DNA from: Eledone cirrhosa
Lineage: Eukaryota
DNA: 64,000 nt
Assembly: GCA_964016885.1 (NCBI GenBank)
Contig: OZ024741.1
Coordinates: 111,724,001 to 111,788,000, forward strand
Direction of reading: 5' to 3'
In this document: piece after piece, positions 32,765 through 46,374 of the stretch
Layout: the number at the start of each line of letters is the position of its first letter
How positions within the stretch are numbered: the first letter of the stretch is position 1
Made by a program: the position numbers and the translations under genes
The notes under the pieces: generated by a model
What the model saw: the letters and a program-made list of their open reading frames with translations, nothing else
The model's database searches: none
What the model was told of the DNA's origin: nothing

Positions 32765-33225
32765 AAAAGAAATAGGATTTCGCTTCAAGCATAGCTTTAT
32801 ACAATATGTATAGAAATTTCGTATTTCGAAAGAAATATGGTTTTAGGAAGCCGTAGCTATGCGAACACCGAGGGGGGGGGGGGGCTAACGCCCTCTGACG
32901 TTGTCCAGCAGAAGCAAGGGGGACAACCGTCCATGCATTTCTGGGTTGACTGCCCATCATCAGGACGATCCCCGCTGCCCTGCGACTGCTGGACTTGAAA
33001 CAGCCGAGAATATATAGTTTTCTCGTCTGTGTAAATGAGGTTATTAATCTCATTTGCATATGAAGCTGCATAAGTTGACTCAACTTATGATAGAAAAGAA
33101 ATAGGATTTCGCTTCAAGCATAGCTTTATACAATATGTATAGAAATTTCGCATTTCGAAAGAAATACGACTTTAGGAGCCCGTAGCCATGCGGACACGGG
33201 GGGGGGGGGGGGGGCTGACGCCCCT
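32765..33225 (-). mobile_element. ~329-bp tandem unit (about 1.4 copies) with HHR motif family G, in (TA)n
   Basis: 32765-32895 repeated at 33094-33225; motif at 32926-32969 (-). Confidence 0.75.
32926..32969 (-). ncRNA. minimal hammerhead motif, family G (non-canonical AUG triplet)
   Basis: ATCGTC CTGATGA TGGG-CAGTCAA-CCCA GAAA TGCA TG GACGGT. Confidence 0.65.
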
Positions 33226-33338
33226 CTCTCTCTCAATATATATATATATATATATATGTATCACGGGTTCAATCGTAGGTAACCACAGTGAGTAAGGTAT
33301 TCAATACATAGCGGAGTATAAATATTTAATATAGAAAT

Positions 33339-33390
33339 GGCTTCTACAAGACTAGAACTGTTTCATTCGAAGGAAATCATCAGGAAAGCC
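33339..33390 (-). ncRNA. hammerhead motif, family D
   Basis: GGCTTTC CTGATGA TTTC-CTTC-GAAT GAAA CAG TTCTAGTC TTG TA GAAGCC. Confidence 0.7.
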
Positions 33391-33472
33391 CGAAAAGTTT
33401 AGAGGTGAATAGGAATGAATGTGAGGTTAGCAAGGTAAATTATGAATCAAAATAGGAGGCGAGACGATAGTT

Positions 33473-33760
33473 ACAAAGATCTACAATAAGACTAATGATT
33501 TTAACTTTAAGGTGGTTTGGATGCTCTGTGCATCTAGCAGTGCGTCGATATCTTTAGGACACAACGTGTTTTCTAGTCATGTTATACGTTATGGAATGAT
33601 AAGTAGCCAGATGAATGTTTTTACGAAGGTAGTGAATGAACTTTTAAAACGCATGTTAGGACAGGGCTACAAAGAGACATGTCTAATTCGATGTTTTCAT
33701 GGGTGCCTTGGTGCTAATAGGGAGATTTGGGGGAAATTTGGGTTATTTCTAGTTTGCTGA
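33473..33760 (+). pseudogene. PLE reverse transcriptase thumb fragment preceded by an inverted family D segment
   Basis: TKIYNKTNDFNFKVV...VFSSHVIRY...LLKRMLGQGY resembles the PLE-type YDKRDDFxF..SQLIRY..QGY region. Confidence 0.65.
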
Positions 33761-34154
33761 TTAGAGACATAGGACTTTGAAATTTAACTTATTTGCCTTA
33801 AGGTAGTAGAAGCTTAGAGCATTTTAAAAATATCAAAAATAATTCTATTTTGGAAAGGCGGCGGAAAGGGGGGGGGGTATAGTTTCGGTTTGCTCAGGTA
33901 ATAATAGATATTGCTTAATATCTTTTTTTATGCAGAAACTGCGTAAGTTGATAGTTGCAGCTTGAAAAAGGCTGTCTCCCCCATACTCATATTTAAAGAA
34001 GGTTGGGAGTTGAGATATATGGATGATGTCTGAGGCAGGGGTTATGTATATATAATAAGGATCGATCGACTTTCGTCAAATCGGACCGAGGAAACAATGT
34101 TTCCGTTGGTCTTTCTAGTTGTTACTACTATCTATCGGTCGCAACTCCAGGTAG

Positions 34155-34277
34155 AAAGAGCAACGTGAAATAAAGGGTCTTGCTCAAGGACATAACGCAT
34201 CGCCCGGTCCAGGAATCGAACTTACAACCTCAAGATTTTGAATACAATTCTCTAACCACTCAGCCACACGCCTTCAC
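34155..34277 (-). mobile_element. second tRNA-derived SINE family
   Basis: GAGCAACGTGAAATAAAG..CTTGCTCAAGGA shared with 23228-23260; GGCTGAGTGGTTAG and GTTCGATTCC boxes on the minus strand. Confidence 0.7.
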
Positions 34278-34292
34278 TAATATATATATATT

Positions 34293-34325
<33 letters not shown>

Positions 34326-34343
34326 ATATATTTTAAAAAGAAT

Positions 34344-34681
34344 AGAGGTGTAACACACGAGTTGTGATATATTGGTAAAAGGAAAAGAAAATGGTGACAA
34401 ATTTTTCCCAGTGAAAAATAGTTTAATTAGGAATAAGTAAAAATTAGTAATAAGTATTGGTTAGTATTCAGTTTTAGTTTTAAGTTTTCACTAATAAGAT
34501 TAGAGCAAACATCACGGGCGCTCTATCTCAAAATTATTTTTGAAAACATTAGAAATGCGCAACCGGTAAAAACTTAAAACTAAAACTGAATGCTAACCAA
34601 TACTTATTACTAATTTTTACTTATTCCTAATTAAACTATTTTTCACTGGGAAAAATTTGTCACCATTTTCTTTTCCTTTTA

Positions 34682-34686
<5 letters not shown>
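34344..34686. mobile_element. family K compact fold-back in (TA)n
   Basis: Arms ~34365-34490 / 34566-34686; same sequence as the 7541 and 10852 ends. Confidence 0.8.
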
Positions 34687-34718
<32 letters not shown>

Positions 34719-34806
34719 TAGTTGAGGAAAACAAGACCACCAATTTCACCAATTTCATTATTAAAAGATTGTCAACATATTTTAGTTTGATGTAAGGAAT
34801 GTAGAG

Positions 34807-34837
<31 letters not shown>

Positions 34838-35089
34838 ATAATAATGTTTTCTTTATTAACCACAAGGGTTTACATAAAGTAGACATTAAGGACAGTACAG
34901 GACAATACAGGACGGTACAAATGGGCATTTCTGCGTGTAAAAAAAACGGAGGTTGAAATAAAATAACAAAGAAAAATTCCCCAATAGGGGGGAGACTTCC
35001 GAGGGACATTTGTGGAGAAAGCCCATTAAAAGACCACAGTGGCCCTGACCACCAGGGCAAGTGCCCTCTCCCAGTTTTCCACCTTTAAT

Positions 35090-35743
35090 TTACAGACACA
35101 TACTCAGAGAAGGCCCATTCATTCGGGCCATACTTGCTTCTCTCACCCATCTTTCAACAAAATGCTGGGAAGAGAGCACTTCCCTCTCTACCCTGATTTT
35201 CCTTTTCAAATGAAATTTGAAAAAGTTAATCAGGGCATCACCGAAGCGGTAAGTGCTCGTCTTCAGCCCTTTCAAACGTGTCCACCATACTATCTCTTTC
35301 GCCATGGCCACCAGACAGATAAAAACTGCCTGCCCTTCCCGGCTAAAGGAAGGGGGCGGGGCAATCCTCACGATGGACTCAGCTGATAGCTGGATCCGTC
35401 CTACACGTGACAGCAGGTGTTCGACATAAACCCACAAGTCAGCAATGCTCGGACACTGGACGAGTGCGTGCAGGACGGTTTCGTCGCCCTGCGCGCATCT
35501 CGGACATGCCCGGCTGACGGCACCTCCATGCCTGTAGAGTTTATCCCGAACTGGCAAAGCTCCTCGGTAGCACTGCCAGGCCAGGGATTTCTGGAAGTTG
35601 TCCATAGGCCCCGGCCCGAAAGTCCTTCCGAAGAGATTGGCTAGTTGATTTTCGTCGACGCCTAGAGTTTCTCCAAGTACGTCGTCGCTCTTCCCCTCCA
35701 CTAATCCCCTATAGAACGCCAAGGTGGAGTTTCCACCGATCAC
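35090..35743 (-). CDS. frameshifted C-terminus of ORF2 with CCHC (zf-RVT-like) motif
   Basis: CPRCAQGDETVLHALVQC. Confidence 0.8.
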   Translation of the reverse strand: MIGGNSTLAFYRGLVEGKSDDVLGETLGVDENQLANLFGRTFGPGPMDNFQKSLAWQCYRGALPVRDKLYRHGGAVSRACPRCAQGDETVLHALVQCPSIADLWVYVEHLLSRVGRIQLSAESIVRIAPPPSFSREGQAVFICLVAMAKEIVWWTRLKGLKTSTYRFGDALINFFKFHLKRKIRVEREVLSSQHFVERWVREASMARMNGPSLSMCL

Positions 35744-35803
35744 ATTGCCCGATTGGTCGAGGGCTGTGAGCGCCTGAAGACATTCCAGTCTCCAAGCGCT
35801 CCC

Positions 35804-38185
35804 TCACGGTCTTCGCTTGACCCAGGACTGCAGCTCCGTCAAGGAGACGAGCTGGGGAAAAACGTGTCTCGCAAACGGCGACCACACCTGATCACCGTCG
35901 AGGAAGAGGTGGAGATGTCGTAGCCTGAGCGCGTGTCTGCGCATCATCAGCCACGGCATGCCCAGCCCTCCACGTAGCGGGTGTTGACAGCAGATGGACC
36001 GCCTGACCATCGGAGCGCGTCCCTTCCACAAGAAGCGAAAGAGCAAACGCTCCAGCGCAGTCAGGCGGGGCTTAGGACAAGGTACGACGGTTAGGCGGTA
36101 GTAGATGACGGACGCGATGTACGCGTTAGCCACCTCCGCTCGACCTTTCAGGGATAGCTTCCTCTCCACCCATTTTTGGGTGAGAGAAGCCACCCTGCTC
36201 GTCACCTCGTCCCAGTTTTTGTCCGTCTGGAGGTCCGGACCGAACCAGACCCCTAGCAATTTAACCGGTCCGTCCGTCCAGCGCCCGACGACGCTGTTGG
36301 ACGGCATGGACCTGCCTCTCCAGGTGCCGAGCTGCAGGCCCACTGACTTTTCCTGGTTGATCATTGCTCCTGTCACCGCTTCGTATTCTCTTAGTGTAGT
36401 GCCGATCGCCTCGATGTGTTTGGCGTTCGACACCACTACGGTGACATCGTCCGCATATGCTGACACGGATCTTCCGCATCCTAGTTCGCGCGGGACGCCC
36501 CTCAACGTCTCCAGTTTGTGCAGTAATGGCTCGAGAGTCAATACGTACAAGAGGGACGAGAGGGGACATCCCTGGCGGACCGAGCGCATAATGTTGAACG
36601 GTTCCGACAGGTGACCGTTCACTCTCACCACAGAGCAGATGTCGCTGTGCATGGCAGCGATCCAGCCTCTGAAGACGGGCCCAGAGCCAGCCGCCCTCAG
36701 GACTGCCGCTAGGTAACGATGGTCGACCCTATCGAAAGCTTTCGACTGATCTAAATTGATCAAGGACCCACCCGTGCCAGGTTCCTTAGCTACCCTCTCT
36801 ACGATGTATCGCATGAGGTGGAGGTTGTCGTGGATGGATCTGTCGGGAATGGCGCATGTCTGCGCCTCTCCCACCAGACCACCAACGACAAGCGCCAACC
36901 TCTTTGCTAGCACCTTGGCCAAAATCTTGAACTCTGTGTTTAGCAGAGTTATGGGCCGGAAATTATCTATGTTATCCCCCTTGTTCGGATCGTTTCTCAG
37001 CAGTTCCACCGCTCCTCGGCTCACAGAACTGGGAATTCTCCCGTTCTGTTGCCAGTTGCAGTAGACGTCTGCCAAGAGGCCTCCGAACAAGTCTGGCATC
37101 TGTACGTAAAGTTCATAGGGTAGACCATCCAAACCAGGCGATTTACCCCTTGTGCAGCCAGTCATTGCCTCCCTTACTTCAGCGGCTGTTATCGGCTTTT
37201 CGCAACACTTCGCCTCAGTGGCCGAGAGCCGCGGCAGTCCGTCGAGGTAGACACTAAAGTCCATCCCTCGACCCGGCCCACAGCTGCCCCCGAACAGCTG
37301 AGCGAAGTGTCGCTGAAAAGCTTCACACATTTGCCCGGGATCGAGTAGCAATCGCCCGTCGTGGTCCACGAAAGACCGGATCGCGGCTTTATTGCCACGA
37401 TGCGCCTCCGCCACTCGGGTCCATTGAACGGCTTTCGTCCCCTCGTGTCTGAGAGCACGCACCCTTGCTCTGACAACGCAGCCTTCGTGCTTTGCATTGA
37501 AGAATTGGTCAAGGGCCAATTTCGCCGCAAGCACGTCGGTCGCAATGCCTTTGCTAAGCGCCTCGTCTAATTTTCTAACTAGTTCTCCCTCTGCTCTATT
37601 TTTCTCTATTGCTAAAGCCTTACTAAACCTAATGGATTCTATTCTAATCGCTCTTTTCAGAGCAAACCACCACTTGTTGTTGACGATGGCCCCCGTCAAC
37701 GCCCGATTAACTAGTTCGCTAATCCGGTCTCTGTAGGCCTTGCGCGCTGGTAAGGACGCGTTTAGCTTCCAGTAGCCGGGTCCTCGTCTATGAAGCCTAT
37801 CTAAGTCAAGCACACAGATCACGAATTTGTGGTCCGTGTAGCTGACTATCTTGAATTGTGGACAGCCTATGCTAGACCTATCTATTTCCCTACAAAATAC
37901 TCTATCTAGATATGATCTGGATGACCCGATGCGATTTGTCCAAGTCCACATTGGCGCATTCGAGAAATCCGATCGGTACCTGTCAGACAGTTCAAAACGC
38001 CTGAGCAGGTTGGTGAGGCTCTTGCACCCTCCACCCCTATCCGCTAATCCCACACAGTCCCAGCGTGCATCTAAGATCCCGTTCCAGTTGCCCACTAACA
38101 CTAAAGAGCGGGACGTTCCAAGAAAGGTCTCCAGCCGCCGGAAGAAATCAGGCCGCCCTGCTCCTGTCGGGGCATAGACGGCCAC
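35804..38185 (-). CDS. LINE ORF2: AP endonuclease (partial) + reverse transcriptase
   Basis: AVYAP, SYLDRVF, TDHK, GPGYWKLN, KSPGLDG, NFRPITLLN, DQSKAFDRV, RQGCPLS, AYADD; no true start codon (5' truncated). Confidence 0.9.
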   Translation of the reverse strand: MAVYAPTGAGRPDFFRRLETFLGTSRSLVLVGNWNGILDARWDCVGLADRGGGCKSLTNLLRRFELSDRYRSDFSNAPMWTWTNRIGSSRSYLDRVFCREIDRSSIGCPQFKIVSYTDHKFVICVLDLDRLHRRGPGYWKLNASLPARKAYRDRISELVNRALTGAIVNNKWWFALKRAIRIESIRFSKALAIEKNRAEGELVRKLDEALSKGIATDVLAAKLALDQFFNAKHEGCVVRARVRALRHEGTKAVQWTRVAEAHRGNKAAIRSFVDHDGRLLLDPGQMCEAFQRHFAQLFGGSCGPGRGMDFSVYLDGLPRLSATEAKCCEKPITAAEVREAMTGCTRGKSPGLDGLPYELYVQMPDLFGGLLADVYCNWQQNGRIPSSVSRGAVELLRNDPNKGDNIDNFRPITLLNTEFKILAKVLAKRLALVVGGLVGEAQTCAIPDRSIHDNLHLMRYIVERVAKEPGTGGSLINLDQSKAFDRVDHRYLAAVLRAAGSGPVFRGWIAAMHSDICSVVRVNGHLSEPFNIMRSVRQGCPLSSLLYVLTLEPLLHKLETLRGVPRELGCGRSVSAYADDVTVVVSNAKHIEAIGTTLREYEAVTGAMINQEKSVGLQLGTWRGRSMPSNSVVGRWTDGPVKLLGVWFGPDLQTDKNWDEVTSRVASLTQKWVERKLSLKGRAEVANAYIASVIYYRLTVVPCPKPRLTALERLLFRFLWKGRAPMVRRSICCQHPLRGGLGMPWLMMRRHALRLRHLHLFLDGDQVWSPFARHVFPQLVSLTELQSWVKRRP

Positions 38186-38212
38186 TAGCTTGAAAGCTTG
38201 CCCGTCTCCGTC

Positions 38213-38452
38213 CGTTTACAATTGTTTGGCTACTCTATATAATATTTCTGGATCAAATGATTATAAATCATTATTGATCTGGTTCAGTTGAAAATAATTA
38301 ACATAGGTAAAAATATATTATATCCGTTTGAAGTTCCGATGAGCTGCTCTATTTTTACCTATGTTAATTATTTTCAACTGAACCAGATCAATAATGATCT
38401 ATAATCATTTGATCCAGAAATATTATATAGAGTAGCGAAACAATTGTAAACG
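38213..38452. mobile_element. fold-back palindrome carrying HHR-like motif family H
   Basis: Arms 38213-38314 / 38350-38452; GTT CCGATGA GCTGCTCTA [76 nt] TAGAGTAGC GAAA CAATTG TA AAC. Confidence 0.75.
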
Positions 38453-38484
38453 TACATTATTATTATTATTATTATTGTTGTTAT

Positions 38485-39179
38485 TCCTTGAATCTCAGTC
38501 ATTGATGTTGGTTAACTGGAAAGTCCGTTGGATTGAATATCAAGCCACTACCTGCAGCCTCAGATATTCAGGACGTATCGGAGGGTTCTTGCCGTTCCAA
38601 GCAAGCATGCCTTTTGAAGCGTTCCAAAAAGCGTGAAGGGGCCGATTTTCTTTAACCATCCCTGGAAACCTTTGGAGATAGTCCCCAGTGCGCCTATGAC
38701 AATCGGGATCACTTTGACTTCATGGCAGTTCCAAATCCTTTTCACCTCCCACTTTAGGTCCTGGTATCGGTTAATTTTCTCCCTCTCCTTCTCTTGCACT
38801 CTCGTGTCGAACGGGCAGGCCACATCCACAATCAGGCACGATCTTTTTTCTTTGTCCACAACCACCAGGTCAGGTCTATTGTGTTCCAGTTTTTTGTCCG
38901 TCTGTATCCTAAAATCCCACAGCACCTTCACCTGACTGTTCTCCATCACCGCCTCTGGCCTATGCTCATACCATTTCTCAGAATGTGGTAGATTGTTTAC
39001 TTTGCACAGGTGCCAGTGGATCACCCTGCCCATCACATCGTGTCTCCAGCCCTTATAGTGGGTCTGGGCTAGGTGTTTACACTCGGACACAATGTGAGCC
39101 ACAGTCTCCTCTCTCTCTCCACAGATCCTGCACAGTGGGCTAGCCTCCTCCTTGTAGATATGGTGCTTCAACCACTTCG

Positions 39180-39180
<1 letters not shown>
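38485..39180 (-). mobile_element. 5'-truncated Dong/R4-clade non-LTR retrotransposon (zinc knuckle + restriction-like endonuclease; ORF 38560-39171) in (TAA)n
   Basis: CRICGEREETVAHIVSEC, RHD, RPDL, DVACP, EKINRYQDL, IVIGALG; TTA repeats on both sides, the established Dong target. Confidence 0.9.
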
Positions 39181-39238
<58 letters not shown>

Positions 39239-39515
39239 TCTAGATTCCTTACATCAAACTAAAATATGTTGACAATCTTTTAATAATGTCTTCCTTGTGA
39301 AATTTGTGGTCTTGTTTGGCTTAACTAATGAATATTTCCAGCTCTGTGCACCTAACCTCTGCATGAACCCAGCCACCTAGCTGCATTCCACTGCATATTG
39401 CACATTGAGCACATGCCTTTACGCGTTGGCTTCTAACTAATTCACCAATCTCTCCTCTCCTATCTCCTCTCCTATCTCCATCTCTCTCTTTAAGATTGGT
39501 TACTCTTGAACTGTG

Positions 39516-39579
<64 letters not shown>

Positions 39580-39826
39580 ACACACACAAAAACAAGATGG
39601 CGTAGGGCAGAACAAAGGAGTGGCACAAAACAAAGAGAAGAATCCCAGTCACTGAAGAGGTCACAGAATAAGTGACGAAAGAACTTTGACAATATATGAA
39701 CAACCGTCCTGTTGTGGAACCAACCAACCAACTGGAAATTTATAAATTTCTTAAATTTATAATAAATTGGTGTGAAAGCAACTGGTGCGTGTGTTTCTTA
39801 TTGGCAACATGACTATCCCAAAGTAT

Positions 39827-39832
<6 letters not shown>
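39580..39832 (+). mobile_element. solo family C pseudo-LTR with HHR motif (39648-39690) in (TA)n
   Basis: Matches 11920-12150. Confidence 0.85.
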
Positions 39833-39909
<77 letters not shown>

Positions 39910-39913
<4 letters not shown>

Positions 39914-40350
39914 TACACGGGTGTGTATGATTGTGTATAGAAGATTATATTAATAAAAGATAAAAGGAATTCCAACTTTGTCTGATTTACTAGTTTTATT
40001 TACAATCCTTTAAAATTTATAATGGTATTAGAATGAAATAGTATGGTAGAATATTAAATGTTAAGTGTTAATTGAACAAGTACTTTCATGCTTTCGCAAT
40101 CTTCAGGTACATATTATGTGGTGACAGTCAAGTTTGCAATTTTCAACTCTAATGTTACAGTTGAAAATTGCAAACTTGACTGTCACCACACAATATGTAC
40201 CTAAAGATTGCGAAAGCATGAAAGTACTTGTTCAATTAACACTTAACATTTAATATTCTACCATACTATTTCATTCTAATACCATTATACATTTTAAAGG
40301 ATTGTAAATAAAACTAGTAAATCAGACAAAGTTGGAATTCCTTTTATTAA
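39910..40350. mobile_element. family A fold-back with HHR motifs at 40073-40111 (-) and 40196-40234 (+, CTAAAGA mutant)
   Basis: Arms 39962-40148 / 40159-40345. Confidence 0.85.
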
Positions 40351-40364
40351 TATATATATATATA

Positions 40365-41246
<882 letters not shown>

Positions 41247-42020
41247 TGTTAATAACCATAATAATAGTCGATCACTATAAATAATAATTGAGAAAATAGG
41301 GTAAAATACACCTGGAGACGGGGAATGAATAAAATCAGAGACCTGTACTCGCATTGGGACGACTACATTTCAAATTTCAAATTTTCCAAATATTTCTTAA
41401 GTCAACCGGTTGTTTACACTTCTAGCTACGGACTTAAAATCTTCCAAATGACAGCAATTTGGGGAACAGAGGTACTTTAACGTGATGGGTGATGCACTCG
41501 TACGGCATAAAAACGCAGAGTTTGATTCCTCGTGGGCGCATGTTTGGTTTTATTTTTTCGTTTCCACGAGTACTTTACCCGACTTTTTCAACGACTATTT
41601 AAAGTGATAAAGTATCGCTATAGTTATTTCCGTTGGGACAATTACATTTCAAATTTCAAATTTCTCAATGTTTCTTAGGTCAGCCCAATGTTGATATATA
41701 TATACATATACACATACATATACACAACCACCCACCTACACCCAGACGCACTGTGGTTCACGACAGGGATGTATATGAATGCATATACGATCCCCCAGCA
41801 ACTATAAGAGAATGTTAGATAAGTGTTTCCGGATTTTTATCCGCCATCGTTGATATTTTTATACACAAAAATGCGTATAAGCTATAACGTTATTTTTCTT
41901 TTAGTACCGAGTGTGTAAATGTCTCACATGGCGGATAAATATTCAAAAACGTGTTTGACATTCTCATACGATACTAAGATCACAGCTTAAAATATTCATA
42001 ACGAGACTCTTATATGTTGT

Positions 42021-42230
42021 ATTGGCAGTATCGGTAGAGAGTCAGAGACCATGCTTTGCAGCATAGAGTTACGACCCTTTACGGTCTGAGTTCAAATCCC
42101 GCCGAGGTTAACTTTGCCTCTCATCCTTACGGGGTTGATAAAATAAAGCACCAGTAACGTACTGGGGTCGATTTAATCGACTTCCCTTCCCACCAAATTA
42201 CTGACCTTGTGTCGATACTAGAAATTATTA
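42021..42230 (+). mobile_element. SINE
   Basis: Family consensus. Confidence 0.85.
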
Positions 42231-42618
42231 TGCATAAGCATAATATTTAGTAGACATACCTTCATATACACCTCCATTATGAACCACGCTACGTTAGTAC
42301 TACGGTTAACTGATCATAGCCGATCAAATTCGCACTATATGCTGTTGTTTTATTTGCACCTTATGGAAATGAATATTTCCAGTCAATGTTTCATACACAA
42401 AAATGTATATAAGCTTATTTTCTCTCAGTACCAGATGAGTTAATGTCAACGCTGACAGATAAAAGTCCAGAAATACGTATCTGACATTCTCACACGGTTA
42501 CTGAAATAAGCGTGACATGATCACTGCTGAAAATATTCATAACTAGACTCTTGTATGTTAATTGTATATAAACATATCGTATATGCCTTCCTATAAACCC
42601 CATCATATGTATGTATGC

Positions 42619-42651
<33 letters not shown>

Positions 42652-43504
42652 TGTATGTATGTATGTATGTATGTGTGTGTGTGTGTGTATGCATGTATGT
42701 ATGTTGAATAGTTACATATTATACCATATAATTTTAATATTAATCTTCCTCAGATATTTTTCACATTGTCTTTGTTCTCGTTCTTTTTCTCGTATAATTT
42801 CTTCCATTCAAATTTTTTCCAACACATCACTTTTATCCTTTACTTCAACCATCCATATATTCTAAAATGAGCTAATTTATCACTTTAAATACAAAATTTA
42901 GAATTTTTATTGAGTGTTTCTCACTAATTAATGATAGAATAATTATTATTATCACTGCGAAGTAATCATTCACGTTCGTACCACAACTATTAATGCGTTC
43001 GAGTCGGTAGAACGGTCGATATTTGTTCCGGATCTCGGCATTCTGAGCTCAAATCCCACCGAAGTTCACTTTGCCTTCCATCATTTCGTGATCGAGAAAG
43101 GAAGTAGCAACCCTCTCTCTTACCAACTGTCACATCCACTGGATCAAGAGTGGGAGTGTTGAGAGGTTGCCTGTGTCTGCTCCCGACTGTTTGGGAACCT
43201 AAAACCTTTAGCAAAATATTGTATATGCTCGATTGCGAGTGGCAACTGTAGTAGAGTAGATTTTAGATTACAATCACTAAGTTTCATAGGTTCATTATTG
43301 ATTCTCACAGTTCGAATTCTCTAGCTATCGCTTTTATTTTGTAAACCGTTTGTAAGCACGTACGAGGCATTTCCATCTTTTCCTATAGAGTATCGAGTAA
43401 TATATAAACGACCTCGAGGAACATATAAACGTCTTAATTTTATATATTTGACAGGAAGAAACATGTTTTCCAGATAATGTGTATCATTATTAAATGTAGA
43501 CATA

Positions 43505-43726
43505 AGGGCGATGGATTGACAGTATCAGTAGAGCGTCGGAAAAGATGCTTGCAGCATATAATTATGGTCTATACGTTCTAAGTCCAAATCCCGCAGAGGT
43601 TTGCTTTGCCTTTCATCCTTATGGGGTCGATAAAATATAGTACCAGTAATGCACTTCGGCCAATTTAATAAACTTTTCTCTTCTCTTCAAATTGCTGGAT
43701 TTGTATCAAATGTAGAAACAATTATC
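43505..43726 (+). mobile_element. SINE, diverged
   Basis: Family consensus. Confidence 0.75.
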
Positions 43727-44468
43727 AACTGTGTATATATTCCTGCATAACGAGACATAGCTGAATGATTAAGAAGTTTTGTTTGAAATCACGAGGGTAT
43801 ACGTTCGATTCTGCTGCCTGCAATTTTGGTCAAGTATCTTTACCATAGCCTGAGGTCGTATCCAAACCGTGTGGAGGACTGTCGGATAGATTGTGACTAT
43901 AAGTAAAAAATCCAGCTTCATCACATACTGTCTTATACGGATTTAGCCTGAGATTAATTTAAGGATGTACATGTCTGTAGAATATTACTAAAACCTTTTA
44001 CACGTTAATTCAAACGTTAGACGTTCAGTTGATCGAAAAACTGAATGCTCATTGTTGCAACTGACCGAAGATCCGTCACCAGTCATAAACGTTGGGGCAT
44101 ATGTCTTTTCATTTTAATTGAGATATTTAAGGCAGAGAACATACAAAAATCCAATAAGAAACACCAAAGAAAAACATTATAAGATGCATTTTCATCACCT
44201 CCCTCATAAATATCTTTAGAAATTGGTGTATTCTTTTTAATATTAGTTATGTAAAACTCCACTGCATTGTACGGTACGCCATTGTCTTACATAACCATAT
44301 AGGTCGTTCACCTCTTTTCATATTCCACATATGTGAAATTGTTATTATTATTGTTATCATTTATTATTATATTCTAAATATATGATTTGATGTCAATTCA
44401 TAATATAATTACGTTAATAATGACTCGTATATGTATATCATTATATTCACATTAATGAATCCTGTCGC

Positions 44469-44512
<44 letters not shown>

Positions 44513-46050
44513 GATGCATATCTATCTACTTACACACACTCACAAACGCGCACCCCATTCACACACACGTGCACACACACATACAGAGACACACAGACAC
44601 ACAGACACACATGTATATATTTACATGTATGGCAACAGAATATAATAATATACATCTGAAAGTCATTATCCGAATAATTACATTATGAAGATACAAACAC
44701 ACATACATATATAGATGATGTGTGTATATATATATATATATGTATTTCACATATACATATTACACACATACCCCCCCCCCCCCCCACACACACACAAACA
44801 CATACACACACACACATATATATATGGTGGGGTATATACATCTTTGAATTATTTTACTTATTTCAATCTAATATGCATTACATACTTCTCTTATTTAATA
44901 GATTTTATCGAAAAAAATTTACGAGATAGGAGACTTGATATACATTACAACAATATCCACCAGTTTTTTTACACCTTATACACATAAATATATATAAAGT
45001 TCAGCCTTCCTTGAGTGCTTGGAAAAATAAATTTCCCCTCTTTCGGTAAACGAAATATACTCGGAGCGGTGGCTTTGCCCCGATCCCACCGCGCCGCCTG
45101 TTTTGACCGCCATATTATACGTATACCTATAAACTCCAGGCTTAGGCATAACTGTTAGCTGTATCATGCCTCTACTGGCACGTAACTGAACCCCTCATGT
45201 GTGAATTAATAATATTCGTTTGGTATAGACGATGGTCTGTCGAAATTGTAGACATCCCGCTAGCGCTCCCGGGGCCTAAGGTAGCTAGAGTACTCGGAAA
45301 AATTAATTTCCATTTCTTTCGCTGGACGAGACCACTCGAAACTGGCTGACTCGTGGCTAGGAGGTCCTGGCTGGGATTCACAATCGAAATCTTTACTCTA
45401 TATCCCATCCTGATATCTTATCGAGATTAACTTTTTCATATAAGACTCTCTCCGTAAGTTCATTAAATAAATCTCACTACCTTAACCTTTAATTTTCTAA
45501 TAATTTATTTTTCAATTTATCATTTTGCAATTTAATATTTTTTAATTTAATTTCATCTTATAACTCGTAACATAAGTTTAACGTTCCAATTTTCGGTTCA
45601 CACATTAGACCATACAGACACCCATTATATATGCCTTTGTTAAATATAGATTCTTTGGAGTAGCATTTTTCGCGGCGTTTTCTAGCATGACTGTAGTGTG
45701 ACCCTTACGCTGACTTCTTTCTTCCTTTTTTTTTTCTTCTTTCTTCCTTTCTTTCTTTCTTCCCCTTTTTCTTTGACGGTGAGGTGGTAGTGCATTATAA
45801 GCCTTCGCCCCTTCACCAGATGGTCATTAGTGGATTCAGTTGCCATCACTTTGAGGGCGACTGGCCGAGGTGAAAGCAGCTAGTTGGTCAGTCGTCCTCT
45901 CTGTCTCTGATTTTTCGGACCCATGGTTCTTTACATATTCCTTTGTTATATTCCAATACCTGATGATATCACCGGATTCATATGGAACCCAGTCATTGAA
46001 ATGATCATAGTATAATAAACCTTTCAAGGATTTACAGTCGAGCCTCCTGT

Positions 46051-46165
<115 letters not shown>

Positions 46166-46319
46166 TATACGTATATATATATACATATATAAAGGTTTAC
46201 GAGATAGGAGACTTGTCCCGCAGTTTTCTTTACACCTTATAACAAACAGATAGTTTATCAGTCTACATGGCTGAATACAATAAATGTAGTCAGCGGTTTT
46301 CGAATATTGATAATAATAT

Positions 46320-46368
<49 letters not shown>

Positions 46369-46374
<6 letters not shown>

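Larger units (their letters stand above)
34846..38200 (-). mobile_element. 5'-truncated Tx1/L1-clade LINE inserted at (TAA)n
   Basis: GC-rich; APE + RT ORF, C-terminal zinc-finger ORF, 3' UTR ending at a TTA tract. Confidence 0.9.

Noticed and set aside
36105-38177. Plus-strand ORFs within the LINE
   Set aside because: Antisense shadows of the GC-rich ORF2
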